Source of the DNA: Enterobacteria phage KhF2
Strand: one strand, 5' to 3'
Sequence record: KT184314.1
Length of the DNA: 64,000 nt
The notes below the pieces were generated by a model. That model made no database searches and was not told where the DNA came from. It worked only from the letters and a program-made list of their open reading frames with translations. The translations under genes and the position numbers were made by a program. Shown here piece by piece: positions 34,560 through 44,576 of this stretch (its first letter is position 1; each line of letters begins with the position of its first letter).

Positions 34560-34834
34560 TCAAAAGTTACGTTTGTTACTGCCATTGCAGATTTGCATTT
34601 TGCAGGGTCTACAACGTGATAAAGTACACTACAGTTACCTGTGCTGTCTGGTACAGGTTTAACCCATTGTTGCTTGACAGTTGGTTCGCCTAAGTCTTTG
34701 TAAGAACCATCTGTAAAGTTGTTTACCATCTCAAGTGCAATTGGCTCTGGAACATGACCACGTATCATGTACATTTCACAACCATTACCTCCTTCACTGA
34801 CTAATGGTAAAATCTCCCACTTTTCTTTAGCCAT
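34556..34834 (-). CDS. hypothetical protein
   Basis: ORF track; coupled start. Confidence 0.45.
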   Translation of the reverse strand: MAKEKWEILPLVSEGGNGCEMYMIRGHVPEPIALEMVNNFTDGSYKDLGEPTVKQQWVKPVPDSTGNCSVLYHVVDPAKCKSAMAVTNVTFD

Positions 34835-35342
34835 TATAAGTTGCCCTATAAACTGTCTCGAACTTCAACAGGAGAGATATTGCCAAATCTGTATAGTTGT
34901 TGTCAAGCACATCTGGCATATTATTTTTGATATATTTCTCTTGCTCTTCATAGGTCATCTTAGGGATACTTAGGAGGCTATCTCCTTGCTTCTGGTTATC
35001 AGTTTTAGTTTGGATAAACCAGTTCGCACAGTGATGTTCACCACCTTTTGTAACAGGTTTGTGGTGGCCTAGTGTAAATGTTTGCTTACCCGTATACCTG
35101 CAAAGATTGTTCAGTGTTGCAATGGTGTTCTTCACAACACACCATTCATACAGGTTATCTATTGTGTAGTGTGGGTAATAACGGACAAGTGCTCTTTCAC
35201 GGAAGTTATCACGATTCCAAAGAACCATGTGATTAGAATTTGAAGGGTCATATTTGTGGGAGTCTATAAACTCTTGACGCTCATCAAAGCTGAGTCTTAG
35301 AACTGACATTGCAACCGAACGTTTCAGGTTTGACAGATACAT
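34827..35342 (-). CDS. possible HNH-family endonuclease
   Basis: His-rich segment GHHKPVTKGGEHHCANW resembles an HNH core; weak. Confidence 0.3.
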   Translation of the reverse strand: MYLSNLKRSVAMSVLRLSFDERQEFIDSHKYDPSNSNHMVLWNRDNFRERALVRYYPHYTIDNLYEWCVVKNTIATLNNLCRYTGKQTFTLGHHKPVTKGGEHHCANWFIQTKTDNQKQGDSLLSIPKMTYEEQEKYIKNNMPDVLDNNYTDLAISLLLKFETVYRATYNG

Positions 35343-35393
35343 TTTACCTCCAAAATAAAAAGGGAACCTTTACAGTCCCCTTATAGTATCTGT

Positions 35394-35714
35394 TTACTGA
35401 GCTACTTTCAAGATGCTTGTGAATGAAATATCACTCTCATCCATAAACTCTTTTGCTTCTCCAGTAACTTTCACAAAGTTATCTAGGCAGATAATCTTCT
35501 TATCTTTCTTGCTGTAGGTTAGCTTAACCTTTTCAATATCTTTCTTAGAGCTTTTCTCTTCATTAAAGAGTTTTACAGCTTCTTTGAATGGGAGGTATGA
35601 GCCATCATCATCGCTAATAAAACCTGTACCACAATAGTAGAAGTTGTATTCTTTAGCCATAAACTGGCACAGTACGAAAATCTGTAATTTACGAGTGTTA
35701 TAAACTTTGCTCAT
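35394..35714 (-). CDS. hypothetical protein
   Basis: ORF track. Confidence 0.45.
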   Translation of the reverse strand: MSKVYNTRKLQIFVLCQFMAKEYNFYYCGTGFISDDDGSYLPFKEAVKLFNEEKSSKKDIEKVKLTYSKKDKKIICLDNFVKVTGEAKEFMDESDISFTSILKVAQ

Positions 35715-35716
35715 GG

Positions 35717-35983
35717 TTATTTAACCTTCTTGTTACGTTTACGGTTACGAGCTTTCTTAGCTGCTCGTTTAATAGCTGCTGCACCAGATTGGCGGTGGGC
35801 TTGTTTCTTACCACCTTTACCACGTCCTACGTAGATGTAAGGATGCTGTTCAATTTGGCTTGCAAGAACCTGTGCAACCGCTGAAGCATCTACACCGACC
35901 TGCTTTCCAGTCATAGAAACAATTGCTGCTGCTTTTTCCAGTGCCTTCAAGAATCCAGCTTTCATATTACCTAAAATTCCCAT
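35717..35983 (-). CDS. hypothetical basic protein (Lys/Arg-rich C-terminus)
   Basis: ORF track. Confidence 0.45.
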   Translation of the reverse strand: MGILGNMKAGFLKALEKAAAIVSMTGKQVGVDASAVAQVLASQIEQHPYIYVGRGKGGKKQAHRQSGAAAIKRAAKKARNRKRNKKVK

Positions 35984-36079
35984 TTTTAGTCTCTCTCATT
36001 AAAGTTTAATACAGAACTTATGAAGTTCTTCTTCAGTGATACCAATTGGAGTTATACCTTAGTCCATTTGCCAGAATAA

Positions 36080-36565
36080 TCACTCTGCTCTCCACTGACA
36101 ATCACCTTGCCATCCGTACTCTTTTCTCCAGAGGTTTTGGTTATCTGAACCACGATACGGTTTAACTGTTGGTTTAGATGAATCATACTTACCATCAATC
36201 ACCACGTCAACATATTTCATCACATCAAGGTGAATTTTTTCATGTAACTGAAAACCTGTCCAGAGCCAGATAGATTTTTCTGGGTAAACGGTTTTAATAC
36301 GTTTGCATATGTTGGTAACCTCTTGAATGTTTCTATCATCCAGAGGTTCTCCACCAAGTATTGACAGCCCACTGATGGCATTATCATCCATTAACTTAAT
36401 GATGCCATAAAGGTTTGCATAAGTGAACTCTTTACCAGCATTAAACTTCCAAGATTCCTTATTAAAGCAACCTTCACAGTGATGCTTACAACCAGCTACG
36501 AAGAGGCTTACACGAACCCCTTCACCATTAGCTGTGTCAAATGGTCGAATCTCCATGTAATTCAT
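36080..36565 (-). CDS. nrdG: anaerobic ribonucleotide reductase activating protein (radical SAM)
   Basis: CxxxCxxC cluster (CKHHCEGC) near N-terminus; about 160 aa; near nrdD. Confidence 0.7.
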   Translation of the reverse strand: MNYMEIRPFDTANGEGVRVSLFVAGCKHHCEGCFNKESWKFNAGKEFTYANLYGIIKLMDDNAISGLSILGGEPLDDRNIQEVTNICKRIKTVYPEKSIWLWTGFQLHEKIHLDVMKYVDVVIDGKYDSSKPTVKPYRGSDNQNLWRKEYGWQGDCQWRAE

Positions 36566-36574
36566 CTAGTTACC

Positions 36575-36874
36575 TCACCAATACATATAAGTGTTCTTAG
36601 CGGCTTTCTTTGGAGACTTGCTATCAATATCAAAATCTTCATCTAAGAAGGATGTCTTAGAAAGCTGCCTTATTTGTGTTCTTGTAAGACGTTTAGTGGC
36701 CTTCTTAATCTCTCTACAAGGCTGGCTTGTGAAGTCGTAAGAGCCACCTTTTCTGGACATCATATCAGAATGGAAGTAGACATCTGAAGCATTTTCTCTG
36801 TTACGTACCTCATTTCTCCACTCATAGAGTCCATGAACGTTCTTTAAACCTTTTCTTCGAATTGTTTTACTCAT
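36575..36874 (-). CDS. hypothetical protein
   Basis: ORF track. Confidence 0.45.
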   Translation of the reverse strand: MSKTIRRKGLKNVHGLYEWRNEVRNRENASDVYFHSDMMSRKGGSYDFTSQPCREIKKATKRLTRTQIRQLSKTSFLDEDFDIDSKSPKKAAKNTYMYW

Positions 36875-37266
36875 TCAAACACCACCTGACAAGGAACCTG
36901 TTTAGTAATAAATTCTTCACAGTGCTCTTTAATGAAGTTTTGTAGTGGCACACAGTCTTGTGCACAAGTCATTAGCATAATGTACTCTGGATTCATAATA
37001 TTTTCAAGACTGTAGAAGACAACATCGTCAGATAGCTCGTGACCATCTTCTTCACTCCACGTTCCAGTGACTACAGCTAATTTATCAAGCAATTCATTAG
37101 GCAATGCTACACCATCTTCTACGGAATCGCTTAGAACGTTGTCGCTGATATACAATGTGAAGGCCGTATGGAATGTTGAGTATTTTACGTGATTCTTTTC
37201 GCAAGAGCCACACTCTGAGGCGTAATCTTTAATCCACTCTAACTGTTTTTGGTTTAACTTAATCAT
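36871..37266 (-). CDS. hypothetical protein
   Basis: ORF track. Confidence 0.45.
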   Translation of the reverse strand: MIKLNQKQLEWIKDYASECGSCEKNHVKYSTFHTAFTLYISDNVLSDSVEDGVALPNELLDKLAVVTGTWSEEDGHELSDDVVFYSLENIMNPEYIMLMTCAQDCVPLQNFIKEHCEEFITKQVPCQVVFE

Positions 37267-37463
37267 AATTTCACCTTAGTTGGTAATGCACTGAATGCTA
37301 TAGCTAACCCTAAAAATGGTTTGAAGCATGACCATAAATCCATCTGACCATGATATGATAAACTCCATTGTGGGTCTGAAAAACCCCATAACATAACACT
37401 AACCCCAAAGAAGAAGATTAGAATGTGGAGTATGTATATCATCGTTTTTGATATCTTAAACAT
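37263..37463 (-). CDS. hypothetical small membrane protein
   Basis: ORF track; two hydrophobic segments. Confidence 0.4.
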   Translation of the reverse strand: MFKISKTMIYILHILIFFFGVSVMLWGFSDPQWSLSYHGQMDLWSCFKPFLGLAIAFSALPTKVKL

Positions 37464-37617
37464 TTTAACTTATCTCTCAATTCACAATAAGAGAGTCCTA
37501 AAAAGAACCCTAGTAAGACAGAACCTATGAATAGGCCAATGATGTTCTCTGCCATATCTAACATCCAATAAAAAAGGTGATGCAAGCCTATCAAGACCCA
37601 CATCACCTTGTCAAGTT

Positions 37618-39762
37618 TTACATAGAAATTCTGTCACGAATCTCAGCGATTTTTGCATCATTCATTCGAGATTCACCTTTAATCTTAGTCCACCCAAGAT
37701 ATCCGCACACCCTGTTAATCACAGAGATGTCGTGTGAATGGCAAACCTCACATTCTTCAACATCAGCCTTTGGTCTGTTACCACAATGTTCACAGATTGC
37801 TAAGTCAAAGTTAAGTCCCTGATAAAAACCCTTCAACATCCCTCTGGTAATACAACTTTTAAGTGCTGGCAAGTTTTCTGGGTTAGCTACCCTTACATAC
37901 TGGATTCTGCCGCCTCTACAGATATGGAAGAATGGCTCTTCTAAGTCCTGCTTCTCAAATGGTGAGATGTCTGCTGCAACATTCATATGGAAACTGTTTG
38001 TAAAGTATTCCTTGTCAGAGACACCTTTAATGACGCCAAACATATCTCTGAACTGTTTTAACTGAGTTCCACAAAGTGATTCTGCTGGAGTGCCATATAC
38101 CGCATACAAGAAGCCATCTTCGTTCTTAAACTCTTCAGTTTTCATGTTGATGTATTCCAGAACATCATATGCAAAACTATAGCCTCCAACTTCATGAAGT
38201 CGTTTACCTTCAGCAAGAACAGACAGCTCATCAAGAGCAGTAACCCCAAAAGAAGCTGTGAAGGACTTCACGATATCCCAACCAACCTTGTCAGTAGGTT
38301 TCTTAGTCCCTTTGTACAGACCACCTTGTGTGAATGCAAGAGGGTTAGAACTTGCTGGCATATTAGCAATCATTTCGTAGCGTTTCTTGTGGAAGCTGCG
38401 AATCATCTCTAGGTACTTATCAAGCTCTTTCCAGAAATCTAAACCATTCTCTTTAGAATACTGGTAAATCATTGGTAAGTTCAAAGATACAGCACCAATG
38501 TTAGCACGACCAACGTAGAACTCTTCCCCATCCTCGTTAAGATATGGAGATAAGAAGGCTCTACAACCCATCGGCGAGATTACCTTGCCAGAACGCTCAA
38601 AAGCTTCTGCTACAGCACCATGACCAGATACACTTAAGAAATCTGGATACATCGCTTTAGAGCAACACTCTATAGCTTTACTGTACAGGTGGCCTTGACA
38701 GATATTCTCATTATGTCTCTTCTGGTCATAAATATAAACCAGTTTAGGGAATACAACAGGTTTCTTGCTCTTACCTTGTCCATTCATACGAACATCTAGG
38801 AGAGTACTTGCAATCATATATTGCAGTCGGTTATCTTCATTAGACATATCTGAGTCAAGTAACCCGAATGTCAAAGTTGTAAATGCAAAATCCCCACGGC
38901 TACAAGGTACGGTATTTAGTTTCATTTCAAGTGACTGGAAACCTTGAGTTAGTTCAATCTGTAGCTGCTCCATTACATAATTGTGGTAATGCTCTTTAGG
39001 AATACCATAAGATGATGCTTTCTCAGCATGATAGCGTAGAGACTTCTTAGCATACGGTACAAGTACCTTATCAATCTCTGCTAAAGTAAAACCACCAAAT
39101 TGCTGTGCAGTTGCTGAAAGTACTACGTCACCAATAACCTGCAACGCTGACAGTACAGATTTAGGTTCACAGTACTCAATGCCGGACATTTCAAAGCCAC
39201 CTTTTAGTACTTTACCAATGTCAAACAGGCAACAGTTAATACCACCAAAAATCAGGTCTCTCAAATCGTGGATATAGATAAAGCCTTTCTCAATGGCTTC
39301 AAGTTCCTCTGGTGTTAGATGATACTGTTTAAATATTTCTTTAGTCAGGTAACCACGGATAATTGAACCTTTCGTAGAAATTAAACTGCTGTCAAAGTTA
39401 GCATTTTCACGGTCACCTAAGAAGAGTGTATCTTTAGTCTTCTGGTAGAGTTCGTCCCAATTTTGAGCAACCTCTTTACGGTAATTTCTGTATGTTGAGT
39501 AAGACTCATAAATCTCGTGATTGACCTCTGCCAAAGCACCTTCAACAATACTGTGAATATCATTTACCGAGATAAGCAAATTATTCTGCTTAGTGGACTT
39601 TACCAAAATCCTCATGAATGCTGACTCAAGAGCTTGGGTAACATCTGGTGGAAGTTCTTTATATCCAACCCTGTTAGCTGACTTAGCTACTGCTGCTAAA
39701 ACTTTTTTGATATCGGGTTCTTCAAGTGAGCCGTTCTTTTTAATAATCTGTACTTTGTTCAT
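37618..39762 (-). CDS. nrdD: anaerobic ribonucleoside-triphosphate reductase (class III)
   Basis: 714 aa; C-terminal glycyl-radical motif RVCGYLG and C-terminal Cys cluster (CEHCG...CEVCHS). Confidence 0.8.
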   Translation of the reverse strand: MNKVQIIKKNGSLEEPDIKKVLAAVAKSANRVGYKELPPDVTQALESAFMRILVKSTKQNNLLISVNDIHSIVEGALAEVNHEIYESYSTYRNYRKEVAQNWDELYQKTKDTLFLGDRENANFDSSLISTKGSIIRGYLTKEIFKQYHLTPEELEAIEKGFIYIHDLRDLIFGGINCCLFDIGKVLKGGFEMSGIEYCEPKSVLSALQVIGDVVLSATAQQFGGFTLAEIDKVLVPYAKKSLRYHAEKASSYGIPKEHYHNYVMEQLQIELTQGFQSLEMKLNTVPCSRGDFAFTTLTFGLLDSDMSNEDNRLQYMIASTLLDVRMNGQGKSKKPVVFPKLVYIYDQKRHNENICQGHLYSKAIECCSKAMYPDFLSVSGHGAVAEAFERSGKVISPMGCRAFLSPYLNEDGEEFYVGRANIGAVSLNLPMIYQYSKENGLDFWKELDKYLEMIRSFHKKRYEMIANMPASSNPLAFTQGGLYKGTKKPTDKVGWDIVKSFTASFGVTALDELSVLAEGKRLHEVGGYSFAYDVLEYINMKTEEFKNEDGFLYAVYGTPAESLCGTQLKQFRDMFGVIKGVSDKEYFTNSFHMNVAADISPFEKQDLEEPFFHICRGGRIQYVRVANPENLPALKSCITRGMLKGFYQGLNFDLAICEHCGNRPKADVEECEVCHSHDISVINRVCGYLGWTKIKGESRMNDAKIAEIRDRISM

Positions 39763-39773
39763 TATTGCCCCTT

Positions 39774-39798
39774 TACATGCTAAAAAGGTCTCCGAAGA
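39774..39798 (-). terminator. rho-independent terminator
   Basis: Minus-strand GGGTCTCTTCGGAGACC followed by TTTTTAG. Confidence 0.55.
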
Positions 39799-39810
39799 GA
39801 CCCTTTCATT

Positions 39811-40017
39811 TTAAATCTTTTTAGAAAACTTAGAAACGAGTTTTCTCAGTTTTTCAGTGATGCCTAGCTGTATCTCTAATATTTCGAAGATAACCCATAG
39901 TAACATGGCTCCAAACAATGAACCTTGTTCAAAGTCAGTAAATAGGTTAACAATAAGCATACCAATCACAATAGCTGGTGCATCAACAACCAAACCTTCC
40001 CAAAGGCGTTTAAGCAT
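39811..40017 (-). CDS. hypothetical small membrane protein
   Basis: ORF track; hydrophobic. Confidence 0.4.
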   Translation of the reverse strand: MLKRLWEGLVVDAPAIVIGMLIVNLFTDFEQGSLFGAMLLWVIFEILEIQLGITEKLRKLVSKFSKKI

Positions 40018-40252
40018 TATTCACCTCTGCCATAAAATTCTGTAGCGTTCCAACAGGTTTTAGGTTTTGTCCATCAGTTTTCATGATGAACGGCATCTGA
40101 CGAACTGGCATCTGTGCAATATCCATCAGGTCTGACAGTTCATAATCCTGCCCTAACATTCTCACAACATGGTCAATACCACGAGCTTTTGCAAAATTCT
40201 TTGCAGTCTCACACTGAGGGCATCCAGTTTTGGAGTAAATCACATAAGTCAT
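40010..40252 (-). CDS. glutaredoxin / NrdH-like redoxin
   Basis: 80 aa; CPQC redox motif near N-terminus; adjacent to nrdB. Confidence 0.6.
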   Translation of the reverse strand: MTYVIYSKTGCPQCETAKNFAKARGIDHVVRMLGQDYELSDLMDIAQMPVRQMPFIMKTDGQNLKPVGTLQNFMAEVNNA

Positions 40253-41325
40253 TAAGGAACCTCTAAAAATCCACTATTCAAATCATCTACAATAGTATTC
40301 AACAGGTACGCACCGTTCTGTTGCTCCTGATTAGCATTCTGCTCTTTATCAATTTCCATCTTCTTAATCATATACTTCAAAGGTGGTTCTTTAGGAGCTA
40401 CAAAATCTCTGGGAATGCCAAACATATCATACAGTGGGGCAGCATTATAGTAAACCCACTCATGAAGAAGCTTTGTATTTAAGCCAACTACAGCACGTCC
40501 TTCGGAGAAGATATAATACGACCATTTCTCTTCACTTTCAACTACTTCATCTAAGATTACTTTAATCTCTGGAAGAATTTGTTGAAAAGCTTTCTGCCAC
40601 TCATCATCTCTTAAAGTTTCTTTTAAAACTTCAATATCAATTTTAGTGTGAAGGATTTCATCAAGCATAATCTTCTGCACAGCTTGAGCAATACCCTGAA
40701 ATTTATCTTGAGCATCAAGTGCAAAAGTACATGCAAAGGATGCCATAAAAGATATACCTTCCAGTGCAGTCACTGCAAATAGACCTTTTAGAATCACTTT
40801 ATGGAAGTGTAAAGGGTCTTTGTCCAGAAGCGAATCACGCACATAACTCAGGCGATAGTTTATACCTTCATCCAGTAATTCTTCAAGAACACGATTCACA
40901 GTTTTTAATCGGTCTTGCACAGCAACATTCTGGTTAATCTCATCTAAGATTGTTTCAGGGTTTTTAATACATTGTCTTACAATCTCTGAGTAAGTAAGAG
41001 CATGTAGGTTTTCAATCTCAGACTGCTTCATAATTGCAGTTGCATAGATGTCATCAGAGATAAAGGGTGCAAAGGCAAATGCCAAGCTCTTAGCAACTTG
41101 AGTGTCTGCTTCCCATTGCCACTTAAGAATCTCAAGCATTACACCTGACATTGATGCTGGAACACTCTCAAAATCAAGACGTGATTGTTCAAAAGGGAAC
41201 TCATCTTCTGACCAGTCTTGTGCTTTTTGTTGTTTATAAAGTTCAAAGATTTTTGGGTAGTGCTTATTAAGTGAGTCAAAAGTTTTTCTCTCACCACCTA
41301 AAAAGATTGGGTGCTGGTTAATCAT
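40252..41325 (-). CDS. nrdB: ribonucleotide reductase small subunit (class Ia)
   Basis: About 360 aa directly downstream of nrdA; start set at internal Met (MINQHPIF) to give ATGA coupling with the upstream small ORF; track start is 41385. Confidence 0.65.
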   Translation of the reverse strand: MINQHPIFLGGERKTFDSLNKHYPKIFELYKQQKAQDWSEDEFPFEQSRLDFESVPASMSGVMLEILKWQWEADTQVAKSLAFAFAPFISDDIYATAIMKQSEIENLHALTYSEIVRQCIKNPETILDEINQNVAVQDRLKTVNRVLEELLDEGINYRLSYVRDSLLDKDPLHFHKVILKGLFAVTALEGISFMASFACTFALDAQDKFQGIAQAVQKIMLDEILHTKIDIEVLKETLRDDEWQKAFQQILPEIKVILDEVVESEEKWSYYIFSEGRAVVGLNTKLLHEWVYYNAAPLYDMFGIPRDFVAPKEPPLKYMIKKMEIDKEQNANQEQQNGAYLLNTIVDDLNSGFLEVP

Positions 41326-41579
41326 AGCGTGATTTCTCCTTTCTTTATCATTTCTAAGGCTTGTTTTCTGTCTAAAACTTCCCAATTTTCTTTGTTAAAC
41401 ATCTCATAAGGTCTTGCGTAAATTTTACCATCTGCTGTAGAGATATAAGAGGCTCCAGTGACCCATAAGTCATCATTCTGCTTTATCATGATACCTGTGC
41501 TGCTCACATAGTACAATGTTTTGCGGGGTTTGTAGAGCAAGTATATTGGTCGCTCATGTTTTTCTATTAAATCTTTCAT
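41322..41579 (-). CDS. hypothetical small protein between nrdA and nrdB
   Basis: ORF track 41322..41663, trimmed to Met MKDLIEKH. Confidence 0.4.
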   Translation of the reverse strand: MKDLIEKHERPIYLLYKPRKTLYYVSSTGIMIKQNDDLWVTGASYISTADGKIYARPYEMFNKENWEVLDRKQALEMIKKGEITL

Positions 41580-41634
41580 GGTCTCTCCAAAGTTATTTTT
41601 AGAGGGTCTTTTACGACCCTCATAATTGTTAAAA

Positions 41635-43869
41635 CTAAACACCACAACCCTCGCAATAAGCATCTTGCAGTGCAGATTTACCTACACCAATGCGACTGTT
41701 AAGGTAGTACATAGTTTTCATACCTACTGAGTTAGCATAAATCATGTACTTCAAAGCTTGAGCCAATGATACCTTCTTAGCTTTTGCGTAGTCAACATAG
41801 AAATCTGAAGAGATAGCTTGACCAGTGAACTTTTGAACAATTGCATAACAATCAATCAGGTCAAAGGTGTCAATATCCCAAGCAATTTCATAGACATACT
41901 TCAACTCTTCGTAATCTGGAACAATAAACAGTACGTTACCAGTTGCAGACTTTTTAGTTAAAATAAAGTCACGAATTGGGTACAAGCCGTTTGTCGTATT
42001 AGTTGCCAGTGAAGAACTCTCATTAGGCATGTAAGCCTCTAATACAGAGTTACGGATTCCACCATTTTCTTTAATACGTTGTGCTAAGTCATCCCAATCA
42101 TAACGAAGTTTTGCATCATGCTTCTCATCAATCTTCTTGTTAGCTGTCTTTGGAGGAACCCAGCCTTCAGGATACTTAGTGAACTGCATATACTCAGGTA
42201 CACCACGTTCTTTAGCAAGTCTTAAAGAAGCTTCGTGTAAGTAGTAAGAGTGCATTTCAGCAAGCTCATGAAGCTTCGTCTTACCTGCTCTTGAAGAGTA
42301 GTTCACGTAGTTTTTTGCAAGGTAATGAGCCACATTTGTAAGGCCAATACCAACAGAACGACGCTTCTGAACATGGTTACGCATCGACGGATACGGATAA
42401 TCCATAAGGTCAATAACGGAGTCAACCATTGCAAGAGCATAATAAGCAACGTCAGCGTATTCATCTTCTGAAATTCTCCCTGCAACCAAACTAGCTAGGA
42501 AGCAAAGAGCTACCTCACCATCCTCTTTCACAGCATCATCTCTGTAAAGGTCTGTCTCTTTCTCAAAGCCGTACACTGGCAACACAATTTCCATACAAAG
42601 ATTTGACATCTTCAAAGGTTCTTTAAATGGCGTATGTGTGTTTGCATTATTCGTGAAGAATGGGTACACACGGCCTGTTGCATAACGCTGCTGGATAAAC
42701 AGTTTAGCAATTTCACGAGCCTTTACTCGTCTGTGCTTAACACCTGAATGGACTGCGTGACCAACTGCCATAGCAAACTCATCAGCAGATGCTGTGTAGA
42801 ACATGTCATAGAGTTTTGGTGCATCCTTGTAAGAGAATAGCAACCAGTCTGTATCATATTGAACACACTGCCAGAAATAATCATTTGTACCAAATGAGTA
42901 GTCCATCTCGTTAATACGTTTCGAAGGAACCGTTGTAGGGTGCTTCAAACGCAGTAAATCTTCAATCTGCGGGTCTAGAGCAGTATAGAAGTTGTTAGCT
43001 GAACCACCACGACTCTTCTGTTTGTTTGCCTCTACAGATGAACGTACAAGCTTGTAATAAGGTAGCTTACCCATGTGTTCAATAGTATTTTGACGGATAC
43101 CATCACCAATAGTGCGAGTCTCCATCAGCATCCCGATACCAGCTTGCTTTGTAGTCATATCATAAGCAACCTTTGCAGCAATACCGAGAGATTCAGCGGT
43201 ATCATTCGCCTTAATCAAACAGCATGACGCATAACCTGATTTAGTGGCTCTTAAACCATTCAGGTAAGGAGTAGGAGCGTTAATCTTCAGGTCAGATAGG
43301 TAAGTGTACAGCTTGATAACATCTTGCAGTCTACGGTGCTTTGGTTGCTTCTCAAAGGCTTTCATAGCCATACCCATAAACATAAATTGTGGTGACTCAA
43401 AAAGTCTTCCCGTTTTAATATCACGGATACCATACTTGTCTCTGAACTGTTTCAGGACTGCATAACCATAAGAGATATCTTTTGAGTGCACAATGTACCC
43501 TTGCAGGTATTCAAGCTCTTCCTGAGAATAGTCCATCTTCTCCCAAAGTCCTGCTCTCTCCATATTTTTAACGAAGGTAACCAGCGTAGGAACCTTAGTA
43601 AAACCTCCAAAGGCTTCTTTGTAGATAATTCCCAGAAGTAGCCGTCCAGCCATATCTGAGTACTCTTGAGTTTGTTTATCAACACAAACATCAATCATGG
43701 CTTGGTGCATCTCTTTTGTAGTGCAACCTTCATAGACACGTTTCATGGCTTCCATAGTGACTTCTGACCAGATGATTCCGCGCTTATCTGCCCATGATGC
43801 CCACTTATTCAGTCTTTCTGGGTCAAAGCTTACTACTGTACCGTTTGATTTTTTAATTGTCTTAATCAT
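41635..43869 (-). CDS. nrdA: ribonucleotide reductase large subunit (class Ia)
   Basis: 744 aa; active-site region SNLCMEIVLP (NxCxE) and operon context with nrdB. Confidence 0.75.
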   Translation of the reverse strand: MIKTIKKSNGTVVSFDPERLNKWASWADKRGIIWSEVTMEAMKRVYEGCTTKEMHQAMIDVCVDKQTQEYSDMAGRLLLGIIYKEAFGGFTKVPTLVTFVKNMERAGLWEKMDYSQEELEYLQGYIVHSKDISYGYAVLKQFRDKYGIRDIKTGRLFESPQFMFMGMAMKAFEKQPKHRRLQDVIKLYTYLSDLKINAPTPYLNGLRATKSGYASCCLIKANDTAESLGIAAKVAYDMTTKQAGIGMLMETRTIGDGIRQNTIEHMGKLPYYKLVRSSVEANKQKSRGGSANNFYTALDPQIEDLLRLKHPTTVPSKRINEMDYSFGTNDYFWQCVQYDTDWLLFSYKDAPKLYDMFYTASADEFAMAVGHAVHSGVKHRRVKAREIAKLFIQQRYATGRVYPFFTNNANTHTPFKEPLKMSNLCMEIVLPVYGFEKETDLYRDDAVKEDGEVALCFLASLVAGRISEDEYADVAYYALAMVDSVIDLMDYPYPSMRNHVQKRRSVGIGLTNVAHYLAKNYVNYSSRAGKTKLHELAEMHSYYLHEASLRLAKERGVPEYMQFTKYPEGWVPPKTANKKIDEKHDAKLRYDWDDLAQRIKENGGIRNSVLEAYMPNESSSLATNTTNGLYPIRDFILTKKSATGNVLFIVPDYEELKYVYEIAWDIDTFDLIDCYAIVQKFTGQAISSDFYVDYAKAKKVSLAQALKYMIYANSVGMKTMYYLNSRIGVGKSALQDAYCEGCGV

Positions 43870-43885
43870 TTTTGAATCCTACAGA

Positions 43886-43910
43886 TGAAAAGAGCCTCCG
43901 AAGAGGCTCC
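43886..43910 (-). terminator. rho-independent terminator
   Basis: Minus-strand GGAGCCTCTTCGGAGGCTC followed by TTTTCATCTG. Confidence 0.55.
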
Positions 43911-43915
43911 CTAGT

Positions 43916-44251
43916 TTAAATCTTGAAAATTTGCTCATTCTGCCACATATCGTAAAACTTATCACTTACTTTTGTGATAGACGAAGCGTGCATACAATTT
44001 AAGAGCCATGATGGAGTCTTGCTATCCATGATTATTTTGAGCTTTTGTGCGACGTTGCCATCCATATCTGAAACAACATAATTACCGCGTATTTTACATA
44101 CAACTTTTCCAAACAAGATTGCACTTCTTCCTCTTCGGTCATCACAGTACATAACTGTGTCTCCGTGTTTAACGTCCCGTCCGAGACTGTCAACACCTAA
44201 TTTAGCACCAGAGATAATGGCATCGTAATCTAACTTCTTTGCTTTAAACAC
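43916..44251 (-). CDS. hypothetical protein
   Basis: ORF track. Confidence 0.45.
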   Translation of the reverse strand: MFKAKKLDYDAIISGAKLGVDSLGRDVKHGDTVMYCDDRRGRSAILFGKVVCKIRGNYVVSDMDGNVAQKLKIIMDSKTPSWLLNCMHASSITKVSDKFYDMWQNEQIFKI

Positions 44252-44576
44252 GGTATTTCTCCAAGTTTCTTTTTAGATATAACCAACCGTAGTCAGTCCT
44301 TTCTACACCCATAAAAAGTGGAGCCATCACAACTTTACCAAAAGTATTCCTGTGTTGGCAGATTTCAAAAGAATACTCTTTCTCAATGTCAATCCCGTAT
44401 TTGTACAGGACTGCTTTTAAAACTTGTTCATTATCCAGAAGTGTATCTGGAGTCTCACCATACTTTTCAAGTAACGGGTCATTCATAAACACCGTCATAG
44501 AAATATTGTAGTTTGAGAAGTGGCTCTTCTGAGCCACACCTTCTTTATTAATGTTCTGTGAATCCATTATAACCAA
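44244..44576 (-). CDS. hypothetical protein
   Basis: ORF track. Confidence 0.45.
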   Translation of the reverse strand: MVIMDSQNINKEGVAQKSHFSNYNISMTVFMNDPLLEKYGETPDTLLDNEQVLKAVLYKYGIDIEKEYSFEICQHRNTFGKVVMAPLFMGVERTDYGWLYLKRNLEKYRV

